In this document: positions 59,429 to 64,000 of the stretch, one piece after another
Layout of the letters: every line of letters begins with the position of its first letter
How positions within the stretch are numbered: the stretch's first letter is position 1
Origin: Treponema sp.
GTDB lineage: Bacteria > Spirochaetota > Spirochaetia > Treponematales > Treponemataceae
Reading direction: 5' to 3'
Assembly (NCBI GenBank): GCA_024402595.1
Contig: JAKSTL010000002.1
Location: 15,964-79,963 of the forward strand
Length of the DNA stretch: 64,000 nt
Translations under genes and position numbers: made by a program
Notes under the pieces: generated by a model
What the model was told of the DNA's origin: nothing
The model's input: the letters and a program-made list of their open reading frames with translations, nothing else
Databases searched by the model: none

Positions 59429-59513
59429 CCACTAACGGCCTTTCAGGGCTTACCTACGGACGGTTTTCCGCTTCGCTTCAAACCAGCTTCGCTGCCCTTC
59501 CACGCCTTTGCAA
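59429..59513 (-). repeat. Structured GC-rich intergenic element, copy D
   Basis: Minus strand reads TTGCAAAGGC-GTGGA-AGGGC...GCCCT-GAAAG-GCC-GTTAGTGG, with two GCGAAGC mini-hairpins and a CCGTAGG hairpin. Confidence 0.8.
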
Positions 59514-59545
59514 GACTCTTCCCAAAAACTTTTCTCCAAAAAAAA

Positions 59546-60241
59546 CTAAATGTCAGATTCCTCATCGATTTTAGCGTCAGAATCCTCATCAGTTTCAGCA
59601 TCAGAATCCGTAATTTGAGGAATAATTACACCTCCATCCTTTTCAATTTTCTGAAAAATCCGTTTAGCAATACCACTAATTGTATAAATTACAAACTCCG
59701 GACCAATTAAAAGCCCCGCCAGACAAGTCCATTTATTCCAAAAAATCAGCACACATTCAATTGCAACCACAACAATAATAAAAACCGATCTGCCAAAATA
59801 CATAAGACAAATGCCAAAACTATTCCGAATAATATTTTTTAAAGAATTATCATATCTGGCAATCATTGGGTAAGCATAAAGATTTATAGAAATAGCAACA
59901 GCCGTAAAAAGAATAGCGCCAATTATAATCAAAAAATGAATATCATCGCCCTTAATAACCGCCTGCCAAATCAAATAGGAAAAATAAATGCAAGGAGCCG
60001 TAATACACCACATAATAGTTCCCTGCTTAAAATTGTCTTTAAACGCTTTTACAAAAGATTTTGCAATATAACCTTCTTCTTCATCTACCATTTTAAGAGT
60101 TACATAAAAAGCGGCGCTGGTAGAAGCTCCAATAGTAAAAATGGGCAAACTAAAAATTACCCACAAAATATTCAATTCCAAAACATCAATGGCTCTGTTC
60201 ATAAACCTGGCAAAGCCACTGTCAATATTAAAAAGTCCCAT
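59546..60241 (-). CDS. YesL/DUF624 family membrane protein
   Basis: LNILWVIFSLPIFTIGASTSA, FVKAFKDNFKQ. Downstream of the sugar ABC genes. Confidence 0.9.
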   Translation of the reverse strand: MGLFNIDSGFARFMNRAIDVLELNILWVIFSLPIFTIGASTSAAFYVTLKMVDEEEGYIAKSFVKAFKDNFKQGTIMWCITAPCIYFSYLIWQAVIKGDDIHFLIIIGAILFTAVAISINLYAYPMIARYDNSLKNIIRNSFGICLMYFGRSVFIIVVVAIECVLIFWNKWTCLAGLLIGPEFVIYTISGIAKRIFQKIEKDGGVIIPQITDSDAETDEDSDAKIDEESDI

Positions 60242-60350
60242 AACTATAAGATAATAAAAAAAGAACCATCCAACAAGTCCACCACAAATAGAACTTATTG
60301 AATGGTTCCCTTTAATTATTCTAAGTAATCTATGTACTCTGAAAAATTAA

Positions 60351-62072
60351 TTATTTTTCACCGCGAGCCTGTTTTACAGCAGCCCATCGTTTTTCTGCCT
60401 GTTTGCGAGTATGAGCACAACATTCGTCATAACCATAAGATTTTGCATCTTTAATCATACCGTTAACAATAGTGTCGAACTCAGCATCAGTTTTTGCATA
60501 AATTGCTTTCCAAGTTTCATTTCTAATACATTCAGCAACCTGGTTCCATTTCATAGAAAGATCATCTGGAACACCAGCACCTGTGTACAATGTACCTGGA
60601 CTTACACGATACTTTGTCTTCTGGAGATATTTGTCTGGAGTTGCTGCACCAGCCCAGTCACGCCAAGCCTGTTCAATAGGTGTAGAAGCTGGAGCCTGTT
60701 CTGAAGCCCAAGAAATCTTGTTGTACGTTTCGTCTGTTGTAAGTGGGTTATAAGCATCACCACACCAAGTTGTATTGTTAATCTGGAAAGAACCGTCACC
60801 AAATGTTCCTTTGTAAGGTGCTGGCATATTTGTTTTAGAATCAGCAGAAGTTAATTTTCCTAATTCTGTAAAATATGTTTTTCCATCTTTAATATCCCAA
60901 GTAACACCGCGTGGACCATAGAGAGTTGTCATATATCCTTCTGGAGTTGAGAACCAGTTGATAATTGCCATACAAAGTTCTGGGTAAGCTGTCTGTGAAC
61001 CAATTGTCCAAAGACGGTTTCCACCATATACGCTCTGTCCATATACGATTGGCTGTGCTTCTTCTGGAGCAACTGGATACATAGCTTTTCCTTCTGCAAG
61101 GTGATTTTCTGAGTTATAAATACCAGAAGCCATCCAGTTGAAAATATTCCAGAATGCAGTTCCGTTCTGATAGTCTTCAGACATACCATTATATTTCTGT
61201 GTCATAGAGTCTGGATCAACAAGACCTTTCTGATTCAATTTGTTAATGAACTTTAATGTGTACATATAAGGACCATCTTTATCAAGACAATCGTAGAAAG
61301 TACCAGTTGAATCATCAAAAAGACCAAAGTCAAACTCGTCATATCCAAAATATGCTGTAGCCAAAGACTTAACATACATTACCATGTTTCCATCCCAGTC
61401 GTTGAACAAAGAAAGTCCGTATGTTGGGTTTCCGTTATCGTCAGTTGGACAGATTTCCTTCATTTTTACAAGAACATCAACTAAATCATACAAATCTTTA
61501 ATTCTTGGCTTACCAATTTTTTCGTAAAGATCATAACGAAGGTCCCAAGTATAGAAGAAAGACTGAAGATCGCTTGCTGATGTAGAAACGTTGAATCCAT
61601 AACCATGAAGTTTTTTATCTGGAGAATCCATAAACTTGTTCTTCTGCAAAGCAAGTTTCATGTTGTCTTTAATATATGGTCCGTAAGCATCAATAATCTT
61701 TGTTTTACCGTCAAGTTTTTCTTCCCAGTCAAGAAGCATACCTTTTTTACAAGCTTGAGCATATTTGTCTGTGTTATCACCCCAAACAACAATATCACCA
61801 AGGTTACCTGCTTCCATACGAGTCTGATAAGCACCACCAGTTTCTGGAATAATGTTAATCTTTACATTGAACTTTTCTAACATAACATCAGCAAACCAAC
61901 CTGTCTGCAAACCTGAATAGTTAGCCAACTGTGAATAAACATCAAGAGTTACAGTCTTCTTAGGCTTAATTTTTTTGATGTTTCCCTCTGTTTTTGCACT
62001 AGCGGCAGAAAGTGTAGCAGAAGATAAAACTGCTAAACCCAAAACAGCGCTTAATAATCGTGAGCGTTTCAT
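60351..62072 (-). CDS. Carbohydrate ABC transporter substrate-binding protein (LplA-like)
   Basis: Signal peptide, EKFNVKINII, LRYDLYEKIG.P, LNQKGLVDPDS, YGPRG. Confidence 0.9.
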   Translation of the reverse strand: MKRSRLLSAVLGLAVLSSATLSAASAKTEGNIKKIKPKKTVTLDVYSQLANYSGLQTGWFADVMLEKFNVKINIIPETGGAYQTRMEAGNLGDIVVWGDNTDKYAQACKKGMLLDWEEKLDGKTKIIDAYGPYIKDNMKLALQKNKFMDSPDKKLHGYGFNVSTSASDLQSFFYTWDLRYDLYEKIGKPRIKDLYDLVDVLVKMKEICPTDDNGNPTYGLSLFNDWDGNMVMYVKSLATAYFGYDEFDFGLFDDSTGTFYDCLDKDGPYMYTLKFINKLNQKGLVDPDSMTQKYNGMSEDYQNGTAFWNIFNWMASGIYNSENHLAEGKAMYPVAPEEAQPIVYGQSVYGGNRLWTIGSQTAYPELCMAIINWFSTPEGYMTTLYGPRGVTWDIKDGKTYFTELGKLTSADSKTNMPAPYKGTFGDGSFQINNTTWCGDAYNPLTTDETYNKISWASEQAPASTPIEQAWRDWAGAATPDKYLQKTKYRVSPGTLYTGAGVPDDLSMKWNQVAECIRNETWKAIYAKTDAEFDTIVNGMIKDAKSYGYDECCAHTRKQAEKRWAAVKQARGEK

Positions 62073-62105
62073 TTTTTCCTCCTAACGAAACATTTTTATA
62101 TATTT

Positions 62106-62258
62106 GTAAACTCTAAAAATTGCTCCATGTTTTCTAGAACTTTTTATGTTTACTTTTTTTAAATTAGTTAACTCTAAAAAACTGCTCCAAGTATTTAGAG
62201 TTTTTTATGTTTTCTTCTCTTTTAATATAGTAAACTCTAAAAATTGCTCCAAGTTTTC
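62106..62258. repeat. Three tandem ~62-bp imperfect repeats between the permease and SBP genes
   Basis: Core GT[AT]AACTCTAAAAA..TGCTCCA[AT]GT starts at 62106, 62167 and 62230. Confidence 0.9.
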
Positions 62259-62287
62259 GCAATTATTTTTAACGGACTTTCGATTAG

Positions 62288-63190
62288 TTACCCTTTTACA
62301 GCACCCAGCATCAATCCTTTTACAAAATATTTCTGCATAAATGGATAAACACACAAAATAGGAATAGCCGTAACCATAGCTACTGTATACTGAATAGTTT
62401 TTGTATTAAGTAATTCCTGGCGCTGAGCATCAGAAAGAGCTGTTGTAGCTGTACTCATAGAAGCGGCAAGGTTTGAAGACTGTGTAAGATAAATGTAAAG
62501 TCGTTCCTGAAGTGTTTTTAACTGAGGAGCACCAGACATCAAAATCAAAGAATCCTGAAATGAGTTCCAATGTCCAACAGCAGACCAAATAGCAATGGTT
62601 GCCAAAATTGGTTTACTCAAAGGCCAGACAATTTTTATAAAAATAGTCCAATAAGAAGCACCATCAATTGCGGCACTTTCCTGTAACTCAGCAGGAATTG
62701 ATTCAACATAAGTTTTTACCATGATAATGTTATAAACACTTACAAGCCCTGGAATAATGTATCCCATAAAACTGTTTGTAAGTCCAAGCATCTGCATAGT
62801 TGTAAACCAAGGAATAAGACCTGCATTAAAATACATTGTTACAATCATAAAACGGTAGCAGAACTTTCTGTGCCACATTTCAGTTTTAGTAACAAGATAT
62901 CCACAGAAGCCAGAAACCGCAGTAGAAAGAGCAGTTCCTATTAAAGTTCGGGCCAAGGTAACAAGAAAGGAAGTTCCAAGACCGTGAACATTTCTTAAAG
63001 CAAAATAATTCTTAAAATTAATTCCCTTTGGATAAAAGTTTATCAATCCCTTTGCAACAAGCCCATTATCAGAAATGGTATTTATAAACAAATAATAGAA
63101 TGGAAAAACACAAATCAAAGTGAACAAAATAAAGAATGCATAGTTTACAATATTAAAAATTACATCAGTAACAGATTTTTTCTCAACCAT
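62288..63190 (-). CDS. Carbohydrate ABC transporter permease (LplC-like)
   Basis: TMYFNAGLIP, SIPAELQESAAIDGA, PLSKP, YPFMQKYFVKG. Confidence 0.93.
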   Translation of the reverse strand: MVEKKSVTDVIFNIVNYAFFILFTLICVFPFYYLFINTISDNGLVAKGLINFYPKGINFKNYFALRNVHGLGTSFLVTLARTLIGTALSTAVSGFCGYLVTKTEMWHRKFCYRFMIVTMYFNAGLIPWFTTMQMLGLTNSFMGYIIPGLVSVYNIIMVKTYVESIPAELQESAAIDGASYWTIFIKIVWPLSKPILATIAIWSAVGHWNSFQDSLILMSGAPQLKTLQERLYIYLTQSSNLAASMSTATTALSDAQRQELLNTKTIQYTVAMVTAIPILCVYPFMQKYFVKGLMLGAVKG

Positions 63191-63255
63191 AAATATATCT
63201 CCTTTTTAAAATCTCTTTTTAAGTTGTAATTGCATAATCATCTTTTTACCAAAGA

Positions 63256-64000
63256 TTAGAAAATACTATTACCACGAACCATTTTAGAAATCTTATTTGT
63301 AATAAACAGCAGAACCACACTTACCAACGACTTGAACATACTTACAACCGTTGAGAATGGAATATTACTGTTTGTTGTAGAACCAAAGGTCAACTGGTAT
63401 ACATACAAGTCAAGAACTTCAATTGGCTCTTTGTTGGTTGGATTTTTAAATACCAGATACTGATCCATACCATTACTTAAGATTCCCGAAATTGAAAGAA
63501 TCAAAAGAACAACATAAGTTGGCAGCAATTCAGGCAAAGTTATATGCCACATTTTCTGGAAACGGCCTGCACCATCTACAGTAGCGGCTTCATACAACTG
63601 CTGGTCAATTCCCGAAATAGCCGCAATATACATAATTGCAGACCATCCAAGAGACTTCCAAACACCCCAAAGCCACATTTTTATCCATATTCCCTGACTT
63701 CCCATAAGCATGTTCTTACCTTTATCCCAGACACCGCTGTTTACCATAAGGCTGGAAATAAATCCTTCTGTACCAAAAATACAGAAAGCAATGGCATAAA
63801 CCAAAACCCATGAAATAAAGTTAGGAATTGTTGTTAAAGTCTGAATTACTTTTCTGGCAGGTATGCTCTTAATTTCTGAAAGGAAAATAGCAAAGGCCAT
63901 TGGAAGCCAGCTACCAAGAATACCCAAACCAGACATAATAAGTGTATTTCTAAGAACTCGCAGAATATCTGAACGAGTTGCGGCATTTTCAAAAGGTGCT
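63256..64000 (-). CDS. Carbohydrate ABC transporter permease (LplB-like), 5' end outside the window
   Basis: PNFISWV, WKSLGWSAIMYIAAISGIDQQLYEAATVDGA. The frame is open to base 64000 (APFENAATRSDILRVLRNTLIM). Confidence 0.93.
   Translation of the reverse strand, partial: APFENAATRSDILRVLRNTLIMSGLGILGSWLPMAFAIFLSEIKSIPARKVIQTLTTIPNFISWVLVYAIAFCIFGTEGFISSLMVNSGVWDKGKNMLMGSQGIWIKMWLWGVWKSLGWSAIMYIAAISGIDQQLYEAATVDGAGRFQKMWHITLPELLPTYVVLLILSISGILSNGMDQYLVFKNPTNKEPIEVLDLYVYQLTFGSTTNSNIPFSTVVSMFKSLVSVVLLFITNKISKMVRGNSIF

Noticed and set aside
57563-59710. Long antisense ORFs 57563..58012, 58400..59011, 59348..59710 (also 24895..25461 and 1094..1603)
   Set aside because: They lie opposite well-supported genes or across element D, and local strand bias depletes stop codons in these frames.
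62106-62258. Triple repeat as a mini-CRISPR
   Set aside because: The sequences between the cores are similar to each other, so this is a tandem duplication and not unique spacers.

Overview
AT-rich chromosomal window that is very probably from a Treponema-like spirochete (inferred from spirochete-type families such as DUF5312, the UPF0164/FadL-like barrel, a BspA lipoprotein, the plastid-type G3P acyltransferase and the hprK-ptsH-lexA-holA order). It is mostly housekeeping and envelope genes, most on the minus strand: tRNA-Asn, metNI, hflX, fliL, thyX, TPP-riboswitch-controlled thiBP, thrH, ybaK, metH, a LolCDE/LolA-like + outer-membrane barrel operon, a TetR-controlled RND pump, pth, a GldAFG/DUF4340 ABC system, pgsA, holA, lexA, ptsH, hprK, a PurO-type IMP cyclohydrolase and a carbohydrate ABC importer. 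I found no transposase, integrase, phage gene or CRISPR. The unexplained signal lies in intergenic DNA and protein motifs. (1) A dispersed family of six GC-rich 60-110 bp elements has covarying stems, recurring GGA/GGA internal loops and GNA mini-hairpins, and three copies are linked to a 13-bp GGGGACAGACCCC palindrome that also forms arrays. (2) A barrel + Ig-repeat/OmpA gene pair looks like one protein split in two and rejoined by a donor beta-strand. (3) A DDLFG acidic motif is shared by an inner-membrane permease and the outer-membrane barrel of one operon. (4) Many genes have leaderless-type promoters. (5) A triple GGA-hairpin repeat lies inside the sugar ABC operon. All family assignments come from reading motifs by eye, not from database searches.
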